A stretch of DNA of 63,768 nucleotides, filler included. It is 4 parts of 4 records of this genome, joined end to end, with 100 filler letters (N's around TTAATTAATTAA, not from the genome) between each part and the next. Parts side by side here need not be neighbours in the genome. Positions count along the whole stretch, not along the records: positions 1 to 29,509 come from SRR20825010_1300; 3 more parts are not named here. One strand, given 5' to 3'. Shown here one piece after another: positions 1 to 9,112 of this stretch. Positions within the stretch are counted from its first letter, which is position 1. Each line of letters opens with the position of its first letter. The notes beneath the pieces were generated by a model. The model was not told the origin of the DNA. It ran no database searches and saw only the letters and a list, made by a program, of their open reading frames with translations. Made by a program: the position numbers and the translations under genes.

Positions 1-24
1 GCACCTCAAGAGGTGCTCCTACAG
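1..24 (-). repeat. REP-like palindrome (GTAG family) at left end of contig 1
   Basis: Reverse complement CTGTAGGAGCACCTCTTGAGGTGC matches 29481-29504 with one mismatch; GTAG tetranucleotide followed by a hairpin. Confidence 0.75.
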
Positions 25-28
25 GTGC

Positions 29-1288
29 TTATTGGTAGGTGGCGGAGTTCAAGGCCATTTCCTGTTTACGCTTTCTGCTCGCCACCCTCGCCTTGCGTTT
101 TTTCCACCAGATCACCAGGCCGGTGATGGAGAGCATGGCCACCGCAATCCCCATGATTGATACGATAATGCGTCCTGGCAGGCCGGCGATGCGGCCGGAG
201 TGCAGTGGAAATTGCAGCTGGTTGAACGCATCGGCGGCGGTGCCTTCCCAGGGGACTTCGTCACCGATCAGGTCTGCGGTCTTGCCATCGTAGTAAAGAC
301 TTTTCACTTTCATGCCGCCGCTGTCGTGGTCTTCACCCGGGTAGTAGAAACGTACGCCGAAGACGGCAAAGTTGTCGCTGTAGAAGGTATCGCCGATAGG
401 TTCTTCCCAGCCGCGGTTGTCCGCTTCGGTGCGGGCCTTTGCGAATAGCTCTGGCCAGCTTACCTGGGGTTCTACCGGGTCATGCAGGGCGGTGGGCGTG
501 CGCGTTTCAAACGGCCCGGGCGTGGTTTCGGACACCATGGACATGACCGGGTAGAAAATTTCCCGGTACAGGTTCAGGGAGAAGGAGGTAAAGGCCAGCA
601 TCAACAGCAGCCCGAATACCCACAGGCCCACGGCCCGGTGCAAATCGAAATTCAGTTTGTAGGCGCCTGCGCCCCGGCGAATCATCCAGGCGGGTTTCCA
701 GCGCTGCAGCCAGCCTTTGCCAGCGGGCTTTTGTACGCGGCGCTTGCGTGGCAGGGTCAGTGCCATGGCGATAAAGGTATCGAACAGCCAGACCATGGCG
801 GCGGCACCCATCAACCAGACGCCCCAGCGGTCGATGCCCTTCCATTCCGGTAGATGCAGGGTGAAGTGCAGTTTGTAGAGGAAGGACATCAGGTGTTCCG
901 GGTGCAGGGAGATTTTCCCCCACTCGCGCTTGCCGACAATCTCGCCGGTGACCGGGTCCACGAAGGCGTGATCGTAACCCAGTTCATAACGTTGCCCGGT
1001 CTCCGGGTTTTCCCGGGCATCCACCCAGATTTCTGCGTTATGGCCCGGCTCGGCTTCCAGGCCAAAGAAGCTGGCGCGCACCCTGGGGTCGGCGTCTTCC
1101 ACATGGCGGACCAGCTCCAGCATGGGAAGTGGTTCGCCCTGGCTCTGGCTTTTAAACAGGTGTGGGTTGAGCCATTCGTCCAGTTCGTGGTCCCAGGAAA
1201 TCAGTGCCCCGGTCAGGCCGGCAATAATCAGGAAGACGGCAATGAAAAGGCCGAACCAGCGATGAAGCAAAACCAGAAATGCGCGCAT
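29..1288 (-). CDS. PepSY-associated TM helix domain protein (iron-uptake-associated inner membrane protein)
   Basis: LHRWFGL N-terminus, LHFTL, DLHRAVG and FPLHSG His motifs, several TM segments; ATG at 1288. Confidence 0.9.
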   Translation of the reverse strand: MRAFLVLLHRWFGLFIAVFLIIAGLTGALISWDHELDEWLNPHLFKSQSQGEPLPMLELVRHVEDADPRVRASFFGLEAEPGHNAEIWVDARENPETGQRYELGYDHAFVDPVTGEIVGKREWGKISLHPEHLMSFLYKLHFTLHLPEWKGIDRWGVWLMGAAAMVWLFDTFIAMALTLPRKRRVQKPAGKGWLQRWKPAWMIRRGAGAYKLNFDLHRAVGLWVFGLLLMLAFTSFSLNLYREIFYPVMSMVSETTPGPFETRTPTALHDPVEPQVSWPELFAKARTEADNRGWEEPIGDTFYSDNFAVFGVRFYYPGEDHDSGGMKVKSLYYDGKTADLIGDEVPWEGTAADAFNQLQFPLHSGRIAGLPGRIIVSIMGIAVAMLSITGLVIWWKKRKARVASRKRKQEMALNSATYQ

Positions 1289-1334
1289 GGGGAATCCAAC
1301 CGGGGCTGACAATGCGGCGCAGCCTAGCACAAAG

Positions 1335-1353
1335 GGGAATCATTCTCATTACT
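1335..1353 (-). promoter_or_regulatory. Putative Fur box upstream of the PepSY-TM gene
   Basis: GGGAATCATTCTCATTACT, 12/19 match to GATAATGATAATCATTATC, about 47 nt before the start. Confidence 0.6.
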
Positions 1354-1365
1354 GAAGTGAGAGGA

Positions 1366-1968
1366 TCAGACGCTCGGTTGGCGAGATTTCCACACCGGAT
1401 AGGGAATGCCGGCCAGGCGATTGATCACGAAGGCCTGGCCGACCAGCAAGGCCACCGCACTGAGCAACACCGGCAGCTGCTGCAGTTCCGGCATCAGCCC
1501 CAGCGATACGATCAGCGCGGTGGCGCCAGCAGGCGGGTGGGCAACCCGGAACAGAATCATCAGTGCGCTGGTGAGCCCCAGCGACAGGCCGGCAGCGACT
1601 ACCCGCGACCATTCAACGCCGGAGATAAAGGCGGCCGGGGCATCGTGCAAGCCACATAACCACAGTGATACCCACCCACACAGGGCGCCAATCAGATGGC
1701 CGCTGAGTACATTGCGTGGGGAAGCCGCTTCCGCCAGGGGCAGGTGGAACAGCAGGAAGGCCGTCGCACCCAGTGAGGGGAAGATAAACGCCTGCTGGGT
1801 CACCAGCGCCACACTGGCAATCAGTGCAATGCTGAGGCCGCCGTTGACCAGATTGAACAGCGCCAGCACGACGCGGGGATTAAAACGCTCACTCATGGTT
1901 TCCAGATGCAGCTGCCGCAACAGGCCACCGACCAGTTGCTGGCGGAGCTGATCACTTTCCTTACTCAT
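1366..1968 (-). CDS. HPP family membrane protein (no CBS domains)
   Basis: FPSLGATAFL, SPRNVLSGH and HPPAGATAL motifs; ATG at 1968. Confidence 0.9.
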   Translation of the reverse strand: MSKESDQLRQQLVGGLLRQLHLETMSERFNPRVVLALFNLVNGGLSIALIASVALVTQQAFIFPSLGATAFLLFHLPLAEAASPRNVLSGHLIGALCGWVSLWLCGLHDAPAAFISGVEWSRVVAAGLSLGLTSALMILFRVAHPPAGATALIVSLGLMPELQQLPVLLSAVALLVGQAFVINRLAGIPYPVWKSRQPSV

Positions 1969-2155
1969 GGTGTGCACTAATCCGGGGCAGAAAAAGAGCG
2001 CGCATACTAAGGCCTTGCGGCCCTTTGGGCAATTATGGTGCGTTCTGCATTCTCTGCGGGGCTGAGGATGGTCGTCCTGCAGCCTGTGGCCGCTTTTTAA
2101 CAACGCGAGCCAGGCAAATCCGCTAGCATGAGCCAAGACAAAAAAGGAGATCGGT

Positions 2156-3922
2156 GTGGACGGATTTTTCTCGCAGGCGCTGGTGTTGCTGGGGGCGACA
2201 CTGGTGCTGTTGCCGTTGTTTCAGCGGTTGGGGCTGGGCAGCATCCTGGGCTACCTGGCAGCTGGTATCGCAGTAGGACCGCTGGGTTTTGGCCTGGTCA
2301 GTGGCGGTAATGATGTGCTGCACTTTGCCGAGTTAGGTGTGGTGCTGATGCTGTTTCTGGTGGGGCTGGAACTGGCCCCACAGCAGTTGTGGGCGCAGCG
2401 GCGTCGACTGGTGGGGCTGGGTGCCAGCCAGATGGTCTTCAGCGCGTTGTTGCTGGCAGGCGGATTTTGGCTGGTGGGCTTCAGCACCAACCAGAGCCTG
2501 GCCATCGGCGCGACGCTGGCGCTGTCGTCCACGGCGTTTGTGGTGCAGATGCTGGTGGAAAACAATCAGCTGGGTACCCCGCAGGGCCGTTCCGCGTTTT
2601 CCATTTTGTTGTTTCAGGATCTGGCGGTGATCCCCATCCTGCTGCTGTTGCCGGTGCTGGCCGGTGCCCAGGCCGGGGAGGATAGCCCGCAATTGCTGGC
2701 GGGCCTGGCGGCGCTGGTGGCCATGGTGTTGGCGGGCAAGTATGCGCTGAACCCCTGGTTGGGCTGGCTGGCCAAGCTGCGTAACCGGGAGTTGATGACC
2801 GCCAGTGCACTGATGCTGGTGCTGGGCTCTGCCGCGCTGATGGAGCACCTGGGGTTGTCCATGGGGCTGGGTGCATTTGTTGCGGGTGTGCTGCTGGCCA
2901 ACTCGCCCTACCGGGAACAATTGGAAACTGACATTCAGCCTTTCAAGGGCTTGCTGCTGGGGCTGTTCTTCCTGGCGATCGGTATGACCATGGACCTGCG
3001 TTTGCTGCTCGATCACCCGGGCAGCATCGCCCTCTTCCTGGCGATGCTGCTGGGCCTGAAGGCATTGGTGCTGATAGTGATCAGTCGCCTGCGTGGTGGC
3101 GAGTGGCGCAGTACCTTCATGTTCGGCATTTTGCTCAGCCAGGGGGGCGAGTTCGCCTTTGTGCTGCTGACCCAGGCGCAAACACTGAATCTGCTCGATA
3201 GTGCTATCGCCGGGCAGCTGAATCTGGTGGTGGCGCTGTCCATGGCCTGCACGCCGTTATTGCTGAAGCTGATGGCGTTGCTGTGGCCGAAAACGAGCAG
3301 CCAGACACAGCGCACGGATCTGGAAGAAGAAAGCATGCCTGATCACCATCCCCAGGTGGTCATTGCCGGGCTGGGTCGCTTCGGGCAGATCACCGCGCGA
3401 ATTCTGGTGGGCCGACAGATTCCCTTCACAGCCCTGGATTCCGACCCGGACGAAATTGATATGCTGCGGCGCTACGGCAACGAAGTGTATTTCGGCGATG
3501 TAACCCGGCTGGACCTGCTTTATAACGCCGGGCTGGAACATGCCAAGGTACTGGTGTTGGCGGTGGACGATGTGGACGCATCGTTGAAAACCGTGGAGCT
3601 GGTGCGCCACCATTTTCCGGCCATTACTATTGTTGCCCGCGCCCGAGACCGCTACCACGCCTATCAGCTGCATGCGCTGGGCGTGCATCAAGTGATCCGG
3701 GAAACCTTCGAGTCTGCCCTGCTCAGTGCGCGGCTGACACTGATGCAACTTGGCGTGCCCGAGTCCACCGCCATTGATCTGGTGCGCAGTTTCCGTGATC
3801 TGGATGATCGCCTGTTACAGGAGCAGATCGCCCATCGCAGTGACGTGGACATGCTGGTGGAAACCGATGCCAAAGGCCGCGCGGAGCTGCAGTCATTACT
3901 GTCGGAGGGCGATGCGTCGTAA
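2156..3922 (+). CDS. kefC: CPA2-family glutathione-regulated K+ efflux protein (KefB/KefC-like) with C-terminal KTN domain
   Basis: AELGVVLMLFLVGLEL, LSSTA, ILLFQD, ETDIQPFKGLLLGLFF, GLGRFGQ; KefB and KefC cannot be told apart by eye. Confidence 0.9.
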   Translation: MDGFFSQALVLLGATLVLLPLFQRLGLGSILGYLAAGIAVGPLGFGLVSGGNDVLHFAELGVVLMLFLVGLELAPQQLWAQRRRLVGLGASQMVFSALLLAGGFWLVGFSTNQSLAIGATLALSSTAFVVQMLVENNQLGTPQGRSAFSILLFQDLAVIPILLLLPVLAGAQAGEDSPQLLAGLAALVAMVLAGKYALNPWLGWLAKLRNRELMTASALMLVLGSAALMEHLGLSMGLGAFVAGVLLANSPYREQLETDIQPFKGLLLGLFFLAIGMTMDLRLLLDHPGSIALFLAMLLGLKALVLIVISRLRGGEWRSTFMFGILLSQGGEFAFVLLTQAQTLNLLDSAIAGQLNLVVALSMACTPLLLKLMALLWPKTSSQTQRTDLEEESMPDHHPQVVIAGLGRFGQITARILVGRQIPFTALDSDPDEIDMLRRYGNEVYFGDVTRLDLLYNAGLEHAKVLVLAVDDVDASLKTVELVRHHFPAITIVARARDRYHAYQLHALGVHQVIRETFESALLSARLTLMQLGVPESTAIDLVRSFRDLDDRLLQEQIAHRSDVDMLVETDAKGRAELQSLLSEGDAS

Positions 3923-3924
3923 CA

Positions 3925-3966
3925 ATCGATATCTCAGTATTGAGAATGGTTTGCATCTGCATTATC
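3925..3966 (+). promoter_or_regulatory. Putative Fur-binding region upstream of the TonB-dependent receptor
   Basis: AT-rich AGTATTGAGAATGGTTTGC (11/19 to Fur consensus) plus a CATTATC half site. Confidence 0.55.
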
Positions 3967-4064
3967 ATCCCGGCCTGAATTCCGGTTTGCCGCGCTGACG
4001 AAAGGGACGTTATTGGCGGTAAGGCTCAGGCCGGGGGATCGCAGAGACAACCACAGGCACTCCC

Positions 4065-6206
4065 ATGACCATACCCGCGCGTTTGCTGAGCCGTTCACTG
4101 ACGGCTACCTTATTGCTATTGCCGTTGACCACATTGGCGGCTGAAACCGAGACGGAAACCACCGGCAGTAACGTTCACGAAATTCCCGAAGTCAGCGTTA
4201 ACGCCGAGGGCAATCAGGGCACACTCGCCGACACCTCGGAGAGCTACGAACCGAAAACCCCGGTCAGCGCGCCCACAGGCCTGGCATTGACCCGTCGGGA
4301 AACGCCGCAGGCGGTGTCGGTGGTGACCCGGACGCTGATGGATGATTTCCAGATTGTGTCTGTCAGTGAAGCGCTGGCTGCCGCCCCGGGTGTTGTCGTG
4401 GACCAGGTCGAAACCGACCGGGTGTATTACAACGCCCGTGGGTTTGAAATCACCAACTACCAGTACGATGGTTTGGGCATGCCGTTGCCCTACGAAATCG
4501 TTAACGGTGATATGGACACCAGTCTGTTCGAGCGGGTAGAAATCGTGCGTGGTTCCAATGGCCTGATGACGGGGCTGGGCAACCCGTCCGCCACCGTTAA
4601 CTACGTGCGCAAACGCCCTACCCTGGATAACCACACCACGCTTTCAGCCTCTTATGGTTCCTGGGATAACCGCCGCATGGAAGTGGATACCTCCGGCAGC
4701 CTGACTGAAAACGGCCGGGTCCGTGGCCGTATGGTTGGCGCCTATCAGGATCGCAACTCTTACCTGGATCGTTACGAGAATGAACGCGGTGTGTTCTATG
4801 GTGTGGTGGAAGCGGACCTGACCGACTCAACCCTGTTCACACTGGGTTATAGCTACCAGAACAGCAACGCCGACAGCCCCATGTGGGGCTCGCTGCCGCT
4901 GTTCTATTCCGACGGCACCGCCACAGACTACGACGTGGAAACCAGTACCGCCGCCGACTGGGCCTACTGGGACAGCAACACTGAATCCGTGTTCGCCGAG
5001 CTGCAGCAGCGTTTCGATAACGGCTGGGAAGCGAAAGCGGTTTATACCTATCGCAAGATGGAAGGTGAATCCGAACTGTTCTACGTCTATGGCACGCCGA
5101 ACAGAGATGAAACCGGCCTGTTCGCCTACCCCAGTTACTACGAAGACAAAGTCAGCGAGCAGGTGTTTGACCTGTACGCCCGTGGCCCGTTTGAAGTTGG
5201 CGGCCGTGTTCACGAAATGGTAGTCGGGGCGAATTATGCCAAAGGCCGGATCGAAGAGACGTCCAATTATGGACGCGGTATTGGGACTCCGCTTACCCCT
5301 GACCAGGCGTTTGGCGGCAGTTACCCCAGGCCGCTTTTTGATGCCTCCACCAGCGGTAGCAAGTGGGACGACCGCTACCGCAGCGCCTACCTGGCTACCC
5401 GTCTGCGCCTGGCCGATCCGTTGACCCTGATTGGCGGCGCGCGCTATGTGGACGTGACCAGTGACGGTGAAGGCTACGGCGCCAGCAAGGATGCCAGCGC
5501 CAGCGAAACCGTACCCTACGTGGGCCTGATCTATGACCTGAACGATGTGCACTCCGTTTACGGCAGCTACACCAAAATCTTTAACCCGCAGACGGAAGAA
5601 GATATCACCGGCCAGCGGCTGGAGCCGGTCACCGGCGAAACCCAAGAGCTGGGTCTGAAATCCGAATGGCAGGATGGCCGAATTTATACCGCCTTGATTG
5701 CCTTCCGTACTGATCAGGAAAATCTGGCAGAAGCTGCTGGCATGATCGGCCCGGACACCTATTACGGTGGTGTGGACGTGGAAAGCTTTGGCTATGAAGG
5801 GGAAATCAGCGGTGAAATTTTGCCCGGCTGGCAAATGGCCGGTGGTTACACCTGGCTGGAAATTGAAGATGAAGACGGTGACGAAATTCGCACCTATACC
5901 CCGCGGGAAATCTTCCGTCTATCGACCACTTACCGGCCGGCAGCCATTCAGAAACTGAAAACCGGTGTGCAGGTTAGCTGGCAGGACAGCATCTATCGTG
6001 GCGGCACCGGTGGTATACCGAAAACCACCCAGGACAGTTACGCGCTGGTGAACCTGATGGCCAGTTACGACTGGACCAAACACCTGACCACCACACTGAA
6101 CGTGAACAATGTGACCAACGAAAAATACTACAACTCGCTATACGTTGGGCAGGCGTTCTACGGTGCGCCGCGTGGGGCCAATGTGCGGTTCGACTATACA
6201 TTTTGA
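4065..6206 (+). CDS. TonB-dependent siderophore receptor (FhuE/FpvA-like, no N-terminal signalling domain)
   Basis: Signal peptide, RETPQAVSVVT plug, ERVEIVRG, NVNNVTNEKYY, C-terminal aromatic DYTF. Confidence 0.93.
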   Translation: MTIPARLLSRSLTATLLLLPLTTLAAETETETTGSNVHEIPEVSVNAEGNQGTLADTSESYEPKTPVSAPTGLALTRRETPQAVSVVTRTLMDDFQIVSVSEALAAAPGVVVDQVETDRVYYNARGFEITNYQYDGLGMPLPYEIVNGDMDTSLFERVEIVRGSNGLMTGLGNPSATVNYVRKRPTLDNHTTLSASYGSWDNRRMEVDTSGSLTENGRVRGRMVGAYQDRNSYLDRYENERGVFYGVVEADLTDSTLFTLGYSYQNSNADSPMWGSLPLFYSDGTATDYDVETSTAADWAYWDSNTESVFAELQQRFDNGWEAKAVYTYRKMEGESELFYVYGTPNRDETGLFAYPSYYEDKVSEQVFDLYARGPFEVGGRVHEMVVGANYAKGRIEETSNYGRGIGTPLTPDQAFGGSYPRPLFDASTSGSKWDDRYRSAYLATRLRLADPLTLIGGARYVDVTSDGEGYGASKDASASETVPYVGLIYDLNDVHSVYGSYTKIFNPQTEEDITGQRLEPVTGETQELGLKSEWQDGRIYTALIAFRTDQENLAEAAGMIGPDTYYGGVDVESFGYEGEISGEILPGWQMAGGYTWLEIEDEDGDEIRTYTPREIFRLSTTYRPAAIQKLKTGVQVSWQDSIYRGGTGGIPKTTQDSYALVNLMASYDWTKHLTTTLNVNNVTNEKYYNSLYVGQAFYGAPRGANVRFDYTF

Positions 6207-6269
6207 GAACGCTCAGCGGGTGACGCTTACGGCTAACCCGCATTGAAGCAGTAAAAAGGTAATCGGTTT

Positions 6270-6312
6270 AACGCTGACGTCTGCACAAGCAAGGGCGTCG
6301 GCGTTTTTTTTA
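6270..6312 (+). terminator. Probable rho-independent terminator of the receptor gene
   Basis: AACGCTGACG...CGTCGGCGTT stem followed by a long T run. Confidence 0.6.
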
Positions 6313-6333
6313 TGAGGGTTTTAGAGAAACGTT

Positions 6334-6430
6334 TGCAGGTCGGCTTAGCCGCGAAGCGGCGTAACCCGACAGCCTGCTGCCGAGTTCATCGCCTAATGTC
6401 GGATTACGCCTGCGGCTAATCTGACCTACA
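6334..6430. repeat. Inverted pair of REP-like units (REPIN/BIME-like) between convergent genes
   Basis: TGCAGGTCGGCTTAGCCGCGAAGCGGCGTAACCCGACA (6334-6371) faces the reverse complement TGTAGGTCAGATTAGCCGCAGGCGTAATCCGACA (6397-6430). Confidence 0.8.
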
Positions 6431-6439
6431 GAGTGCGGC

Positions 6440-6859
6440 TTACAGCTTCAGCTTGTTTAGCCCGCGGTCGATGGCCTGGCCCAGGCCGGCTTTGATGATC
6501 GGGCCGATCAGTGGCAGCTTGCCTTCAAATTCGATGGTGTAGTCCAGCTGGCTGCCGCCATTGGCCGCTTCGGAAAAGCGCATGACGCCTTTGTGGTGTT
6601 TCAGCGGGCTGCCCTTGGTGATGGCGTATTCAATGCGTTCGTTGGGAATCACCTTGGTGACGGTTTCCTCGAACGGAGGTGCGATCAGGATCTGCATTTT
6701 CCGGGTGGAACCCACGCCGTTGGGGCTGTCCTGGCCATCCTTGATACGCTTGATTTTGGCTGGGGCAAAAATCAGTTCCAGGTTTTCGTGCACGCTGAGA
6801 AAATCGAACAGCTTGTCCACGGAGAACGGAAAGGTCTTGGAAATGCTGATGCGTTGCAT
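6440..6859 (-). CDS. SRPBCC (polyketide cyclase/START-like) family protein
   Basis: GVGSTR, EETVT, IEYAI and helix-grip pattern; about 139 aa. Confidence 0.85.
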   Translation of the reverse strand: MQRISISKTFPFSVDKLFDFLSVHENLELIFAPAKIKRIKDGQDSPNGVGSTRKMQILIAPPFEETVTKVIPNERIEYAITKGSPLKHHKGVMRFSEAANGGSQLDYTIEFEGKLPLIGPIIKAGLGQAIDRGLNKLKL

Positions 6860-7020
6860 GGCGGTTGCTCCCACTTCTGCCCGGCAGGCCGCCGGAAACG
6901 TTTCATACTACCAAACGTGATAGTAAACAGGTTGTTGATTCTGCCTGTTGGCTGTCTACCCGCAAGGTTAATTTGGGCCATAGCGCTGCCGATGGCAGCC
7001 GTGGTTGCCTGGGCGGGGTA

Positions 7021-8052
7021 TCAGAACCCTTCTGCCAGCCAGGTGGTGATCGTGGCGGCGCTGTCCTCGCGGCAGCCGCTGGCGTTCTGCCCGGCCCACA
7101 ATGGCGAACAGTCGCCACTGCCCTGTGCTTCTGCAGCGGCGCGCAATGGCCCGATGGCGTTACCTGCCAGCGGGAATGCCGGTGCCGCGTCCGGGAAGTA
7201 ATCCAGTTCCTGCATGAGCTGATTGACCATGCCCCGGGCCGGGCGACCGGAAAAGACCGTGGTCAACGCGGTGTGTTGGGCCTTGTCACTGTTCAGCCAC
7301 TGCCGGTGCAGGGGTTTGGTGGTTGCTTCCGGGCACAGCAGGTAGGCGGTGCCGATTTGTACTGCGGTTGCACCCAACGTCATGGCGGCTCGGACGCCAG
7401 CAGGGCTGGCAATGCCGCCGGCGGCAATCACTGGCAACGATACTGCGTCAACGATCTGTGGCAGTAAGCTGAAGGTGCCTTGCTGGCGGCTCAGGTCATC
7501 ACTGAGAAAATGGCCACGATGTCCGCCCGCTTCCAGGCCCTGGGCAATCACCGCATCGGCCCCCTGTGCTTCCAGCCAGAGAGCCTCTTCAACTGTGGTG
7601 GCGCTGGACAGCACTTTGGCGCCGGTGGCCTTGACCCGATCCAGCAAAGCGTCTTCCGGTAAACCGTAATGGAAGCTCACCACCGCGGGCTTGAACTGTG
7701 CCAGCATCGCCGCGCAATCGGCATCAAACGGCTTGCGCGACGGGCCTTTGGGAATGGCCGACGCATCGGCGCTGAACGCATCATAGTAAGGGCGCAGGGT
7801 TTCTACCCAGCGCTGTTCGCCTTCCGGGTTGGGTGCTGGGGACGTGTGGCAGAAAAAATTCACGTTGTAAGGTTGGCGGGTCGCTTGGCCAAGCTGGGCG
7901 AGTTGCTCTTCCAGTTGCCTGGCGTTGAGCATGCCTGCGGGCAATGAGCCCAGCCCGCCGGCTTCAGAAACGGCGGCCGCCAGGCGCCAGTCCTGCACGC
8001 CGGCCATGGGAGCCTGGATCAGAGGCAAGGCAGTCTTGAACAGCGGTCGCAT
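7021..8052 (-). CDS. Nitronate monooxygenase family FMN-dependent oxidoreductase
   Basis: LIQAPMAG, AQGLEAGGHRG, PVIAAGGI, VQIGTAYL, FSGRPARG, LWAGQ. Confidence 0.93.
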   Translation of the reverse strand: MRPLFKTALPLIQAPMAGVQDWRLAAAVSEAGGLGSLPAGMLNARQLEEQLAQLGQATRQPYNVNFFCHTSPAPNPEGEQRWVETLRPYYDAFSADASAIPKGPSRKPFDADCAAMLAQFKPAVVSFHYGLPEDALLDRVKATGAKVLSSATTVEEALWLEAQGADAVIAQGLEAGGHRGHFLSDDLSRQQGTFSLLPQIVDAVSLPVIAAGGIASPAGVRAAMTLGATAVQIGTAYLLCPEATTKPLHRQWLNSDKAQHTALTTVFSGRPARGMVNQLMQELDYFPDAAPAFPLAGNAIGPLRAAAEAQGSGDCSPLWAGQNASGCREDSAATITTWLAEGF

Positions 8053-8082
8053 AGGCGGTTCCTCGTCAGGCTGGAAAGAGCG

Positions 8083-8631
8083 TCAGCGGATCACGCGATC
8101 CAGGATGAATTCGGCCCGGATGTGGACCGGGGCTCGGGGCACTTCCATCAGCGTATAGCCAAAATGCCGATAGGCTGTTTGCATGATCTCGAAGGTGGCG
8201 ACGGCTTCAGCGAACGATTGTTTGCGTTCTTTGTCGTTGGTAAAGATAGCCTTCCAGGGAGGGAAGAGGAAGACGGGGTCATGGTAACGGTGCGCTTCGC
8301 AGGCGCTAACCAGTGAGGGGGGAACCGTCAGACCTTCAAGGCGCGAGTAACCATAGACATCGACCAGGCCCCGATCAAAAAAGACCGTACCCTCGTGGTC
8401 CGCAACGCGGGCAAGGTTGGCTTGCTCGGCAAACAGCATTCGGTCACGAAAGGCGGCTTTGTCCTGCCAGGGAACGGCCTTTCCGCCTTGCTCAACCTGG
8501 GATTGAATCACCTGACGGCCGACTTCTTGGCAACAGCGAAAACCAAGGTGGGCAATATGCTCGATAACCGCTGTCTTGCCGGCGCCGGGCCCACCGGTCA
8601 GCACGATGGGTGTTGTCATTTGTTTGCGCAT
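8083..8631 (-). CDS. Small P-loop ATPase (AAA_28/YhfC-like)
   Basis: VLTGGPGAGKT Walker A, FFDRGLVD, PPW..IF.ND.ERKQ; start may be 8619. Confidence 0.85.
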   Translation of the reverse strand: MRKQMTTPIVLTGGPGAGKTAVIEHIAHLGFRCCQEVGRQVIQSQVEQGGKAVPWQDKAAFRDRMLFAEQANLARVADHEGTVFFDRGLVDVYGYSRLEGLTVPPSLVSACEAHRYHDPVFLFPPWKAIFTNDKERKQSFAEAVATFEIMQTAYRHFGYTLMEVPRAPVHIRAEFILDRVIR

Positions 8632-8657
8632 GACTGTCGGGTTCGGGCCTGGAGGAA

Positions 8658-9071
8658 TTAGTTTCTTGTATCCACCTTGCTGATGGTGCCCTGGGCAACA
8701 GCGACGAGCCGTTCTTCGCCGTTATTCAGGGCGATCACTTCACACTGGCAAACCGCCTGTTTTTGGCCACTGGAAAGCACCGTGGCGCGGGCCGTTAGCC
8801 GCTCTCCCAGCGCCGGGCGCAAATAGTTGATCTTGTATTCGGAGGTGACCGAGTCCCCCAGTACCGAGCCGCCGGCATAGGTGAGTGCGTTGTCAGCGAG
8901 ATAGCTGACAACACCGCCGTGGACAAAGCCGTGTTGCTGTTTCAGTTCATCGCGCACGGCCAGTGTCAGCACGGCCTTGCCGGGTTCGAAGGCTTCGAGT
9001 TCGGTGCCCAGCAGCGCGCTGAATGGCTGGCTGGCAAGAACCTGTTTGCCGAATTGGAAAAGCTCACTCAT
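8658..9071 (-). CDS. PaaI family thioesterase
   Basis: QQHGFVHGG, ADNA, EYKINYLRPA hotdog-fold motifs; ATG at 9071. Confidence 0.92.
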   Translation of the reverse strand: MSELFQFGKQVLASQPFSALLGTELEAFEPGKAVLTLAVRDELKQQHGFVHGGVVSYLADNALTYAGGSVLGDSVTSEYKINYLRPALGERLTARATVLSSGQKQAVCQCEVIALNNGEERLVAVAQGTISKVDTRN

Positions 9072-9112
9072 GACAGGGTTCCGGTTTTCATCGGGCGAAT
9101 GAACGCTAGTGG

